This document shows positions 1 through 9,912 of a stretch of 64,000 nt of DNA, piece by piece. Source of the stretch: Minisyncoccia bacterium (GTDB lineage: Bacteria > Patescibacteriota > Minisyncoccia > Phycocordibacterales > UBA1006). The notes under the pieces were generated by a model. That model was not told the origin of the DNA. It did not search any database and worked only from the letters and a program-made list of their open reading frames with translations. A program made the translations under genes and the position numbers. Where the stretch lies: positions 275-64,274 of the forward strand of contig JBGATS010000001.1 of NCBI GenBank assembly GCA_044229075.1, given 5' to 3'. Position 1 is the first letter of the stretch. Every line of letters begins with the position of its first letter.

Positions 1-85
1 AATCGCAGTATATCACTTTTTTCCCACCATTTCTAGATCTTTTCAAGATAAAAAGATTTGCTATACTGTATCAAAATTCTTTTAA

Positions 86-1060
86 ATGAAAACACATTAT
101 GTTAGGGTGCTGGCGTTGATATTCGCGTTGGCATTCTCTTGTGCACATGCGCAAGTAAAACCAGGGGTCGGAATTGGAACCGACAATCCGACAGGAGCCC
201 TGCTCCACATTGCTAATCCAGACTCTGTTGCAATGCCGTCGTTACGACTGGATTCAATTCCAAACATTTCACTCTCAACCTTGCGATACTTTCTGGCAGT
301 GGATACAGGTGGCAGGATTGTGGGGAAAGTTTCAGCAGATAGTATAGTAAAGAAGAAGCCAGAAATGGTTCCGGCTAATAATATTTGTTATGGATCAAAT
401 ATCTATTATCCGCTTTATAACAATTCCGATAATCTTTATATTGTAGTTACTAATAGTGCTACTGTTTGTTTTTATTCAGAATCATATGGACTTCAAAGGT
501 GTAGTTTAGATACCTTACTCGGGTATCCTGGTGCAACGTCTCTTAATTTAAGTGGTGCTTGTATTATTAATGGTAATGTTTATTTACTGATTAGAGGATA
601 TGTCTCAAGTATACCTCAAATGAAAGTAATCAAATTACCAATATCATCCTTTAATCATTCGTCAAGGCAAGAAATGATTTTTACAGGTGGAACTCTTGAT
701 GGAACATCATATATTCCCTATATGTCAGGAAATGGTAACTACCTTTATTTTAATTATAATGGCGGTTATGCTGGGAGTAATAATCTGATGGCAAAATACC
801 AAATATCAGGAGGAAATTTGAATAAAGTAACTACCATCACTTTATCAGGCACTATTGCTAGTTATAGTTATTTCCACATAAAAGACGATCAAACAATATG
901 GATATGTGATGTATCAAATCCGTTGAGAGTTTTTGACCAAACAGGGTCACTTATAAAAACATATCTATTTAATTATTACTTGCGAACAAATTCGATAAAT
1001 TGGAATAATACTTTTTATTGGTTAGGGGATGGTTTTTTACAAAAATTAAATATTTTTTAA
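86..1060 (+). CDS. Secreted hypothetical protein with Bacteroidota-like N-terminal VGIGT motif
   Basis: 324-aa ORF, signal peptide ending AHA-Q, then VGIGTDNP; beta-rich, AT-rich C-terminal part. Confidence 0.7.
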   Translation: MKTHYVRVLALIFALAFSCAHAQVKPGVGIGTDNPTGALLHIANPDSVAMPSLRLDSIPNISLSTLRYFLAVDTGGRIVGKVSADSIVKKKPEMVPANNICYGSNIYYPLYNNSDNLYIVVTNSATVCFYSESYGLQRCSLDTLLGYPGATSLNLSGACIINGNVYLLIRGYVSSIPQMKVIKLPISSFNHSSRQEMIFTGGTLDGTSYIPYMSGNGNYLYFNYNGGYAGSNNLMAKYQISGGNLNKVTTITLSGTIASYSYFHIKDDQTIWICDVSNPLRVFDQTGSLIKTYLFNYYLRTNSINWNNTFYWLGDGFLQKLNIF

Positions 1061-1104
1061 TCTTAATCCAGGCATTTGCCTGGATTTTTTTATAAAAATT
1101 TCCC

Positions 1105-1136
1105 AAAACAAAAAACCCTTTCGGGTTTTTTGTTTT
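1105..1136. terminator. Bidirectional intrinsic terminator
   Basis: aaaacaaaaaaccc-tttc-gggttttttgtttt between convergent genes. Confidence 0.8.
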
Positions 1137-1145
1137 CTTACTAGA

Positions 1146-3050
1146 TTATCGGTTAATTCCGAAGTACCCAGTTTGGTAAGTGTTAGCAGGTGTAAGAACT
1201 TGTTCAGTTGAAGTTCCAGCTGTAAGAGCTGCATCAACGAATGTTCGAATAGCTTCTGCTTGAACACGGAACTGAGCCTGAGCAGTACCAGTAGTTCCAC
1301 TTACAATTACAGTAAGAGTGAAATTACGAGTAGCACCAGAATCAACACGGTATGCAGAACCTTCTACTGGAGCATCATTTGAAGTAAATGTTGCATTAGC
1401 AGCAGTTGCTACAGCAGTACCAGTTGAGTCTTCGATACGGTATGCGATTGACTGAGCAGTAGTTGTAGTAGCTGCTTCAGCTGCAACCTGTGCAAGATAT
1501 ACACTTGAATCAAATGCTTTTACAGCAACTGGAATAGTGTAAGTTCGTGAAAGAACTTCACCGAGTTGGTTTGTAGTAGCAGTTGATGTAGCAGATCCCA
1601 TAGTTACTTGAACTCCTTCTGATCGTAGAGTCATATCAGCACCGTTAAGTGATCCTGTTCGGTTAGATACAGTGTCACCCATAGCATTGTCAAGTTCTAC
1701 AGTCATAGTAGATGAATCAACAGAAGCTTTAACCATGTCTCCATTATCAAGATCTGTTGAAGCAATTCCTGTGTTTTCAATATCATTTAGGTCAGCTTTA
1801 ACTTCGAATTTAACAGTTGCGTTTGATGCAATTGCGTAGTTAAGTTTAGTTGAGTTTCCAAATGTGAATGTTGCAGAAGCTGTTCCAGCTCCAGCAGTAG
1901 GAATTGATTCAGTAGCGAGAAGTGTTCCATTAGCGTAAAGTTTTACTGATTTAACAGCAGCTTCAACGTTTGGAGTTACACCATCAGCAAGACCGATAGT
2001 TGTAGCAACTACAACTGGTACACGTTGTACTTTCATAGCAGCGTTTTCAGCTTTCGCGTCAAATGCAGCAAGGAGTACATCGTTAGTATCAGAAGTGTTA
2101 GAAACTTGAACTGTCTGAGCAAGTGGGTTACTTGATGCAGTAGTTACTTTGAATTTCTGATCAGATGACACTGTTCCAGCTTTTTGAAAGTCCATAGTAG
2201 ACTGCGCAATAGCTGATCCGTAATCACGGTATCGTCCGTTTGGAGATACAGCAGAAACGAAGTTAGCAGTTCCAGATACAGATGTACCTACGTTAACTTT
2301 CCAAGCTTCAGCTGAAGCATCAGTAGAGTCGATAGAAGTGTTTCCAGATACAGCGATCAAGATTTGACCTTTTGCATCACGTGCAACAGTTCCGTTCATA
2401 CCAGTGAATCGATATACGTATACATCGTTAGCATCATCAGAGTATGAAGAAACTGATTTGCGTCCGATTTCTTTTCCATCTAACCATACAGAAATATCAG
2501 ATGCATATCGGATGAATTTTGCATTTGAAAGTCCTGCAGGAGTATTTTGGAATGAAACTACAAGTCCGTCGATTTTTTGATCAGCGTCACGAGCAGTAAC
2601 TTCGAATCCGTAAACAACTTTATCTTTATCTCCTTCCATGATCTTAGTACTGTTGTAAGAACCAAGTTTGTTAACGGAAGTTAAGATACCTTCAGCTCCT
2701 GAAGTTACAGTTGAAGTAGTAGTTGTAGTAGTTGTAGTAGTTGTAGTTCCAGCACAGTGAGCTACCAAAGCAGCTTTTGTCATTGGACCTACCAAACCAT
2801 CAGCTGAAAGAGCTTTTGAAACTTGGAAAGCTTTAACACCTGCCAAAGTTCCAGAACCGAAAACTCCGTCTTCTACTAATGATTGTCCAGCACATGCGTT
2901 AAGGTTCATTTGAAGAGCCTTAGCGTACATACCAGTTGAACCTTTTTTCAAGGTTGTTGTTCCCATATCTTGTGCAGTTGCTGCTGATGCTGTGAAAGCA
3001 AAAGCCATAGCAAACATTGCAAGAGATGAGATAATGAATTTGTTTTTCAT
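1146..3050 (-). CDS. Large surface/S-layer-like protein with N-terminal peptidoglycan-binding domain
   Basis: Likely start ATG 3050 (MKNKFIISSL signal peptide); PG-binding-1 motifs LKKGSTG..LQ..L, DGVFGSGT..VKAFQ, ADGLVGPMTKAAL; Thr linker; Ala/Thr/Ser-rich body; strong codon bias. Confidence 0.8.
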   Translation of the reverse strand: MKNKFIISSLAMFAMAFAFTASAATAQDMGTTTLKKGSTGMYAKALQMNLNACAGQSLVEDGVFGSGTLAGVKAFQVSKALSADGLVGPMTKAALVAHCAGTTTTTTTTTTTSTVTSGAEGILTSVNKLGSYNSTKIMEGDKDKVVYGFEVTARDADQKIDGLVVSFQNTPAGLSNAKFIRYASDISVWLDGKEIGRKSVSSYSDDANDVYVYRFTGMNGTVARDAKGQILIAVSGNTSIDSTDASAEAWKVNVGTSVSGTANFVSAVSPNGRYRDYGSAIAQSTMDFQKAGTVSSDQKFKVTTASSNPLAQTVQVSNTSDTNDVLLAAFDAKAENAAMKVQRVPVVVATTIGLADGVTPNVEAAVKSVKLYANGTLLATESIPTAGAGTASATFTFGNSTKLNYAIASNATVKFEVKADLNDIENTGIASTDLDNGDMVKASVDSSTMTVELDNAMGDTVSNRTGSLNGADMTLRSEGVQVTMGSATSTATTNQLGEVLSRTYTIPVAVKAFDSSVYLAQVAAEAATTTTAQSIAYRIEDSTGTAVATAANATFTSNDAPVEGSAYRVDSGATRNFTLTVIVSGTTGTAQAQFRVQAEAIRTFVDAALTAGTSTEQVLTPANTYQTGYFGINR

Positions 3051-3484
3051 ATCTTGTTTAAATTTATGGTTAACAATTAAAATTATAATTTTAATTACCT
3101 GTATATCCAGTAGTAGTGGATAGTCAGATGATTGTTGTATGCGTACACAGAACGTCGTGTGTACAGAACCAACCAATGTCATCGAGACCGACTAGAGAGT
3201 TTGATTCATGGTGGCATACCCACCCGCGGTAATGATCCTGTTTTATAGGACGATCACTACCGCGTGCGGTGTTCGAGACGATGTCGAGACCATAGTCCGA
3301 ATATGCGGTACAGTATATCATAGAAAAAGAAAAAATGTCTATATTTATAAGAAATAATCTCTCAAGGACATGTTTTTCATTTGTAATGATGCTGACCTCT
3401 ACCCATACAGACGATTCTCGGGGAAAAATCTTACACGGAAACTGTTTTTATAATACCAGATATTCATCTATGTGGAGGGGTCGT

Positions 3485-4396
3485 TTAGCTGTTTTTCATA
3501 GCCAACATATAGACTGCCCATCGCTTTTCACCCTCGCGAGTTAATACGCCATGATGAATGAGTTCCTGTAAATCACGTTGAATAGTTTTTTCGCTACATC
3601 CATTTATATTTTCTGATATGTCTTTTATGGTGACACGACCCTTTGATCGAATGGTTCGCATAATAGCGTCACGGCGGTCTTTTTTATCCTCTCCAGAAGT
3701 AACCGGAGATTTTTTTGAAAGTGAGAAATTTTGGACAAAGAGGTCTTGTGGTTTTTTAACAGAAGATTGTTGTGTATTATGTTGTCCTTCATGATTTGGT
3801 AATGTCTTTTGTTCGCGATTACTCATCTGATGTGTTGATGGTTTTTCCTGAATATCTTTGTCTTTTATTGATTGGTCAATTTTCTGGTGATCTGATTTTT
3901 CTGAATATGTCCGTAATGATGGCGTTTCTGAAAAGAGTTGTTCAATTGAAATTTCTGATCTGTCCGTAATTGGTGCAGTAGCCCGAAATGGATATTCCAC
4001 CTGTCCGATACAATAGGTTTCGATACGATTAGTAAAAAATTCACGAACACGATCAAGTTCCGCTGCGAGGATTTCGTGATTCATGGGCGAGATAATTCCT
4101 GCAGCCGCACACCATTGTTGGTATTGAGCGATCTGTCGCATTCCAGTAGTAATCATTCTGATATCAGACACCGTCGCCTGTTCTGGGTGATATTCTACCT
4201 CATGAATAATAGACATGGTGGTAATTGCCTGTTGTACCCATGACTGTGTGAGGGTCTCATAATCAGTTGCAACCGCGCTAATCATAATGATGGCTTCGGT
4301 AATTTTTCCCATACGGACACTCATATGTGCTAATAATTCTGGTACAGTCGTTATCACAGACTCAACGACAGAGGAAGAATGTGGGAGGTTTTTCAT
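3485..4396 (-). CDS. Protein with C-terminal DeoR-like winged HTH
   Basis: RRDAIMRTI..VTIKDI..SEKTIQRDLQELI..GVL.REGEKRW at C-terminus; start ATG 4396 inferred. Confidence 0.7.
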   Translation of the reverse strand: MKNLPHSSSVVESVITTVPELLAHMSVRMGKITEAIIMISAVATDYETLTQSWVQQAITTMSIIHEVEYHPEQATVSDIRMITTGMRQIAQYQQWCAAAGIISPMNHEILAAELDRVREFFTNRIETYCIGQVEYPFRATAPITDRSEISIEQLFSETPSLRTYSEKSDHQKIDQSIKDKDIQEKPSTHQMSNREQKTLPNHEGQHNTQQSSVKKPQDLFVQNFSLSKKSPVTSGEDKKDRRDAIMRTIRSKGRVTIKDISENINGCSEKTIQRDLQELIHHGVLTREGEKRWAVYMLAMKNS

Positions 4397-4609
4397 ATCA
4401 TGTATGATACAAAAATTACCCAAAAAGTCAAGGACATACACCAGTTGAAACCATTCATAACAGGTGGTAGATAGTATAAAAACGACATGGAATTATGTAT
4501 CAAGGAAACGCTTAATAATAGGTCGCTTTTATTATGGTGAACAAAGGGTTTATGCTACACTCAATCTATTATTGATTACCAGTGTAATTATTTTCCAACC
4601 TATCTTTTT

Positions 4610-6847
4610 ATGGCAAAAAAAATCCCCGAAAAAAAATCTGACCGTATAAAAAAAGAAGTCCCTGAGACATCAGTAAACCCTCTTTTTCTGAAAATCATTG
4701 GTGCTGCCATCCTCTTTATTCTTGGATTTCTGTTCATTCTCGGAATTATTGGATCGGGTGGGAGTGTTGGCGGGTTTCTCTATACAAAAATCGCACTGGG
4801 ATTGTTCGGTTATCTGGGGATTATTGTTCCTGCGTTATGTATCTATGGATCTCTCCTAATCCTCTTTCCTGAAAAATTCCGTGTCCATTGGAGCGATTGG
4901 GTTACTGGCGTCCTTTTATTATTAATCAGTACTGGGTTATTAGAACTCTTTGTTCCGTCGATGTCACTCGGGGGTGCACTGGGAGGTGTTATAGGACACA
5001 TCTGTTCACAACTCTTTTCTCGTATCGGGGGAATATTTGTCCTTTTTATTTCGGGAATTATTGCAACACTCTTCCTCCTCAGAAATTCATTATCCGTAAC
5101 CGACTGGTTTCACCGTATTGTTGATACAGAAACATACGACGATTCAGAGGATTCCTACTGGGAAGAGGAAGAAGAACCTATCTATGAGGAAGTACCTGTC
5201 CCTGAAAAACCGGAAACACCCTCTGATCACGTATTTGAAATGTCCTTGAAAGAAACTGAAAAGCTTACCAAAGAAAAACCCGCCCCAGAAAAGGATGAAA
5301 CCCCAAACCTCTCGGTAGAGCCGATTCAATTCTCTGACGATTATACATTGCCACCGTTGTCCCTCTTGTCAAAAAGTGCTGGGAAACCGTCTGTAGGCGA
5401 CATCCGTGCCCGTGGTAATGTGATTAAACAAACCCTGGCAAATTTTGGAATCGATGTAGAAATGGACGAAGTTTCTGTTGGACCAACGGTAACACGGTAT
5501 GCAATGAAACCAGCCCAAGGGGTAAAACTGGCGCGTATTGTGGCGTTGAAACAAGATCTCGCGCTCTCACTCGCAGCACATCCGTTACGTATCGAGGCTC
5601 CTATCCCTGGAAAATCATTAGTGGGAATCGAAATTCCTAATATCAACAAATCATCGGTTGGATTGGGAAGTCTATTGGATAGTGATGAATTCCAAAGCTC
5701 ATCTGAACGATTATTGGTAGCACTTGGGAAAGGGGTTACTGGAAAATCCTACTATTATAATATTGCAAAAATGCCCCATCTATTGATTGCAGGTACTACC
5801 GGATCAGGAAAATCAGTAACGGTACACAACCTGATCATGTCGCTCCTCTATCGAAACACTCCTGACGAATTACGGCTGATCATGGTTGATCCAAAACGAG
5901 TAGAACTCACCCTGTATAACGATATTCCCCACTTGCTCACCCCAGTGATCAAGGAACCAAAGAAAGCGGTCCTCGCATTAAAATGGGCAGCAAAAGAAAT
6001 GGAACGACGCTATGACCTCTTGGAACAACATCGTGTTCGCGATATCAAGTCGTACCATGAAAATGTCGTCTACCCTGCATACGCATCAGCTGATGGCGAA
6101 GATGCAGAATCGCTGCCAGAAAAAATGCCGTATATTGTTGTCATTATCGACGAGTTGGCTGATATCATGCAAGCCTATCCACGCGAATTAGAGTCGGCAA
6201 TTGTTCGTCTGGCGCAAATGTCCCGAGCAACAGGAATTCACTTGATATTGAGTACCCAGCGTCCGTCGGTAAACGTTATTACCGGACTCATCAAGGCAAA
6301 CATTCCATCGCGATTAGCACTCCAGGTTGCAAGCCAAATCGATTCGCGAACTATTCTGGATACCCCGGGTGCAGAATCATTGCTGGGACGTGGTGATATG
6401 TTGTTCCAGGGTGCCGATATGTCAAAACCAGAACGTATGCAGGCAGCAAACATTCCCGAGGATGAGATCAAAAACATTGTTGCCTTTATCAAGAAAAAGA
6501 ATCCTCGACTCTCTGATCATATTATTATGAGTGAAACCCTCGAGGATGAAAAATCAATTGTTGGTATTAATTTTGATGATGATGTTGACAATGATGATCC
6601 GTTATATGAAGATGCAAAACGAGCTGTTGTTGAAGCAGGAAAAGCTTCGACCAGTTATTTACAACGAAAGCTCAAGGTTGGTTATTCACGCGCAGCACGG
6701 TTAATCGACCTGTTAGAAGAAAATGGTGTTGTTGGACCAGCAGACGGTGCAAAACCTCGGGAAATACTCTCTGGGAATCGACCTTCCCATACCTCTGAAT
6801 CAGTGTTAGATGATGAGGGATTGTTTGAGTCAAGTGATGAAGTGTAG
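4610..6847 (+). CDS. ftsK: DNA translocase FtsK/SpoIIIE
   Basis: N-terminal TM helices, Walker A GTTGSGKS, IIDELADIM, TQRPS, gamma domain LQRKLKVGYSRAARLID. Confidence 0.97.
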   Translation: MAKKIPEKKSDRIKKEVPETSVNPLFLKIIGAAILFILGFLFILGIIGSGGSVGGFLYTKIALGLFGYLGIIVPALCIYGSLLILFPEKFRVHWSDWVTGVLLLLISTGLLELFVPSMSLGGALGGVIGHICSQLFSRIGGIFVLFISGIIATLFLLRNSLSVTDWFHRIVDTETYDDSEDSYWEEEEEPIYEEVPVPEKPETPSDHVFEMSLKETEKLTKEKPAPEKDETPNLSVEPIQFSDDYTLPPLSLLSKSAGKPSVGDIRARGNVIKQTLANFGIDVEMDEVSVGPTVTRYAMKPAQGVKLARIVALKQDLALSLAAHPLRIEAPIPGKSLVGIEIPNINKSSVGLGSLLDSDEFQSSSERLLVALGKGVTGKSYYYNIAKMPHLLIAGTTGSGKSVTVHNLIMSLLYRNTPDELRLIMVDPKRVELTLYNDIPHLLTPVIKEPKKAVLALKWAAKEMERRYDLLEQHRVRDIKSYHENVVYPAYASADGEDAESLPEKMPYIVVIIDELADIMQAYPRELESAIVRLAQMSRATGIHLILSTQRPSVNVITGLIKANIPSRLALQVASQIDSRTILDTPGAESLLGRGDMLFQGADMSKPERMQAANIPEDEIKNIVAFIKKKNPRLSDHIIMSETLEDEKSIVGINFDDDVDNDDPLYEDAKRAVVEAGKASTSYLQRKLKVGYSRAARLIDLLEENGVVGPADGAKPREILSGNRPSHTSESVLDDEGLFESSDEV

Positions 6848-6894
6848 TATACTATTACCAAGAATAATCGTGAGCAAAAAAACGTGTTTTATTT

Positions 6895-7287
6895 ATGCAA
6901 AAAAAATCTCACAAAAAAGTCTTCTACGCCCTGATTCCAGGAATGATTCTCTTGGCTGGTTTTATTGTGAGTCGTATTGTCCCTATTATTCGAGGATCCC
7001 ATATCACTCTGGACACCAATTTCCAAGGAGCCGAGATTACGCAACCAGATATTGTGTTGTCAGGAACTGTTTCTGATACGAAAAAATTTTCTCTCAATGG
7101 AACACCTATCCCCCTCTCTCCTGATGGAACTTTTTCTCAAAAGGTACTCCTCCAACCTGGTTATAATATGATTACTTTTGACACTACGGATACCCTGGGT
7201 AAAGAAAAGAAAGAAAGTTATGCGCTCCTCTTACAAGAAACAGATACAGGAACCTTTGCATTGTCAAGTATCCCGAATCAGAATTAA
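6895..7287 (+). CDS. Small membrane-anchored Ig-like domain protein
   Basis: N-terminal TM, then LNG..DGTFS..LQPGYN Ig-like pattern. Confidence 0.7.
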   Translation: MQKKSHKKVFYALIPGMILLAGFIVSRIVPIIRGSHITLDTNFQGAEITQPDIVLSGTVSDTKKFSLNGTPIPLSPDGTFSQKVLLQPGYNMITFDTTDTLGKEKKESYALLLQETDTGTFALSSIPNQN

Positions 7288-7372
7288 GCACGTTACTGCG
7301 TGCTTTTTTGATAACAAAAATACTTGACTTTATAAGTGTAATATGCTACAATTAATTCATAAAATTAAAAAT

Positions 7373-7627
7373 ATGGCAGAAAAAATAGGTATTACCTTTA
7401 ATTTGAAACCAAATATCGCAGTAACGGTTTCACTGACTCGAGGTGCGTATGATCTTTTGGAACAAATAAAACCTTCAGGATTATTAAGTACTCCAAAACA
7501 AGCAACCCTTGGAGAAGACCACAATATGCAACTCTTGATTGAAAAATCGTTAGTTGAGAAAGTAAAAGGGGCAAAAAATACTTTTTACCAATTAACTACA
7601 TTTGGTAAAAAATTAGTTAATTATTAA
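7373..7627 (+). CDS. Hypothetical small protein (possible wHTH-like)
   Basis: AT-rich ORF behind TTGACT-17-TACAAT promoter (7324-7352); ends YQLTTFGKK. Confidence 0.55.
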   Translation: MAEKIGITFNLKPNIAVTVSLTRGAYDLLEQIKPSGLLSTPKQATLGEDHNMQLLIEKSLVEKVKGAKNTFYQLTTFGKKLVNY

Positions 7628-7712
7628 AAATATTTCCTCAAGAGGGTACCCTACTCTTTTGAGGTTTTTTATTACTTCCCTGTTTTTAAATTACTTGGTA
7701 TACTTTATTCAT

Positions 7713-8813
7713 ATGCCTAAAAAAGTAACAAAACCAAAAAAAGAAAGTGGTGGTGATTTGGATGGAACATTAAAAATGATCCAGACGAAATTCGGTGAGG
7801 GTGCAATTATGAAATTAGGAGACGCCCCAAAGGTTGATATCGGAGTGGTGCCAACTGGGTCAATCGGGTTAGACGCAGCGCTGGGTATCGGAGGTCTTCC
7901 TCGTGGACGTGTTATCGAAATTTTTGGACCGGAATCATCTGGTAAAACAACATTAACACTCCATGTGATTGCAGAAGCACAAAAAAACGGTGGTATTTGT
8001 GCATTCATCGATGCAGAACACGCACTGGATCCAGAATATGCGAAAAAACTTGGTGTGAATATTAACGAATTACTCATTTCACAACCAGATACGGGTGAAC
8101 AAGCACTCGAAATTTGTGAAGCATTGGTTCGTTCTGGAAAAATCGATGTGGTGGTAGTAGACTCGGTAGCGGCACTCACCCCAAAAGATGAAATCGAGGG
8201 TGATATGGGTGCGCACCATGTGGGAAAACAGGCGCGATTAATGTCTCAAGCTCTCCGCAAATTAACTGCGATTTCAAGTAAAAGTAAAACGGCGATTATC
8301 TTTATCAACCAGATCCGTATGCAGATCGGCGTGATGTTTGGGAACCCAGAAACCACCCCAGGTGGAAAAGCGTTGAAATTCTATTCGTCAGTACGATTGG
8401 ATATCCGAAAAACTGCGCAGATCAAAAAAGGAGAAGATGTCGTCGGTGCACGAACAAAAGTAAAAGTAGTGAAAAACAAAGTTGCCGCACCGTTCAAAGT
8501 AACCGAATTCGATATTATCTATAACGAGGGAATTTCCATGGAAGGCGAGATGCTCGCACTCGGTGAAAAATTTGGCATCATTGGAAAATCGGGAGCAAGC
8601 TTCAGTTATATGGAAAAAGGTAAAGATGGCAAAGAAGAGAAAATATCTCTTGGTCGAGGATATGACGCAACGCGTCAGTTCCTCCGAACAAAAGAAGGAA
8701 AACAAATTCGTGATAAAATCTTGAAAGAAATTACTACACGAATCAAAAATGATGGATTATCGTTTACTGCATCTCCATCTGAATCTGATGAAGGAGCCGA
8801 GTCTGAAGAATAA
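7713..8813 (+). CDS. recA: Recombinase A
   Basis: [36 protein letters not shown]; ATG 7713 just behind TGGTATACT. Confidence 0.99.
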   Translation: MPKKVTKPKKESGGDLDGTLKMIQTKFGEGAIMKLGDAPKVDIGVVPTGSIGLDAALGIGGLPRGRVIEIFGPESSGKTTLTLHVIAEAQKNGGICAFIDAEHALDPEYAKKLGVNINELLISQPDTGEQALEICEALVRSGKIDVVVVDSVAALTPKDEIEGDMGAHHVGKQARLMSQALRKLTAISSKSKTAIIFINQIRMQIGVMFGNPETTPGGKALKFYSSVRLDIRKTAQIKKGEDVVGARTKVKVVKNKVAAPFKVTEFDIIYNEGISMEGEMLALGEKFGIIGKSGASFSYMEKGKDGKEEKISLGRGYDATRQFLRTKEGKQIRDKILKEITTRIKNDGLSFTASPSESDEGAESEE

Positions 8814-8840
8814 TAAAAAACCGCAATTGCGGTTTTTTAT
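8814..8840. terminator. Bidirectional terminator after recA
   Basis: aaaaaaccgc-aatt-gcggtttttt. Confidence 0.8.
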
Positions 8841-9028
8841 TATTTATTAATTTTATTTAGAATCCAATCTTTAACAGTTATTTTTTTATACCCACCCGCA
8901 CAAGAGCCCTCCACAAAACCGCAATTAGGATAAAAAACGTACTCTCCTTTTATAAAAGGTACTTTAAAAACAAAATATGCTATAGCAAAGACTGCGGTCA
9001 AGGTAAAGAATTGTTTTTTGTATTTCAT
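8840..9028 (-). CDS. Small membrane protein, hypothetical
   Basis: 62 aa, N-terminal TM, Cys pair. Confidence 0.5.
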   Translation of the reverse strand: MKYKKQFFTLTAVFAIAYFVFKVPFIKGEYVFYPNCGFVEGSCAGGYKKITVKDWILNKINK

Positions 9029-9105
9029 ATATATCTATTATATCACAAGAAGTGAATCACAACTAATACAATTACATGTCTGTTTCTATATTATTGATCA
9101 ATTGG

Positions 9106-9690
9106 TTAGTTCTTCTCCACTCGTTCATAATATTCACCTGTATCCGTGTTCACACGGACAACATCACCTTCATTGATAAACAATGGTACGGTGATTTCTG
9201 TTCCATTTTCCAGAACGACTACCTTTGATGCACCTTGTGCGGTATTCCCTTTTACTGCTGGCGCTGCCTCTTTTACTTTCAAATCCATTTTTACCGGAAT
9301 CGCAAGTCCAATGATTTGTTCGTTATCGTCGTCGTCAGTAAACACTACAGCGTTGTAGGTACCATTTGGAAGAATCCATTTTACCGTATCACCCAATGTA
9401 TCACGGGAAATAGTAAATCGATCTGCAGGCTTGCCATCATAATGGAACCAATATTCCCCTTTTGATTCAAAAATGAATTTTACAGGAAGTTTCCGCATGT
9501 CTGCCTCGTCAACCTTATCAGTTGCCTGAAATGATACTTCGACCACACGTCCCGTGATCAGGTTACGCAATTTTGTTGCGTTTACCGGTTTGCGCATTTG
9601 TTTACGAAACACGTGCGAAGTCAACACTTCATACGGTTCGTCATCATGGATAATATATTTTCTTGGGACAATTTCGTTATAATCGAGCAT
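9106..9690 (-). CDS. efp: Elongation factor P
   Basis: KLRNLITG, PAVKGNTAQG..K..LENG..VPLFINEGD..VNTDTGEY; start MLDYNE at 9690. Confidence 0.95.
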   Translation of the reverse strand: MLDYNEIVPRKYIIHDDEPYEVLTSHVFRKQMRKPVNATKLRNLITGRVVEVSFQATDKVDEADMRKLPVKFIFESKGEYWFHYDGKPADRFTISRDTLGDTVKWILPNGTYNAVVFTDDDDNEQIIGLAIPVKMDLKVKEAAPAVKGNTAQGASKVVVLENGTEITVPLFINEGDVVRVNTDTGEYYERVEKN

Positions 9691-9703
9691 ACAATTAGAA
9701 AGA

Positions 9704-9801
9704 GAAAATATGTGAGGTTTGAAAATCTGAGTACCTGCCGGAGCCTGACAAGGCGTGAGGTCGCTTGCGCTACGCAAGATTTGAAAACCTCATGTATTTT
9801 C
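9704..9801. repeat. Palindromic structured element, copy A (efp leader)
   Basis: ~24-bp imperfect inverted repeat closing the core GAGTAC..CC-GGA-hairpin-GTGAGG-CGCTTGCG-TACGCA; related core at 22906-22999. Confidence 0.7.
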
Positions 9802-9912
9802 CTTAACATGTTAATTTTTAATAATACCTTCTATCCTACCTTTTTTTCATTTTTTTTCAAGTAAAAAAGCCGTGCAAGGTTGCACGGCTTCTATTCCAGA
9901 AAACGAGACTTT

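Noticed and set aside
2705-2748. (gta/gtt)n microsatellite as a phase-variable repeat
   Set aside because: It is an in-frame poly-Thr linker with mixed codons.
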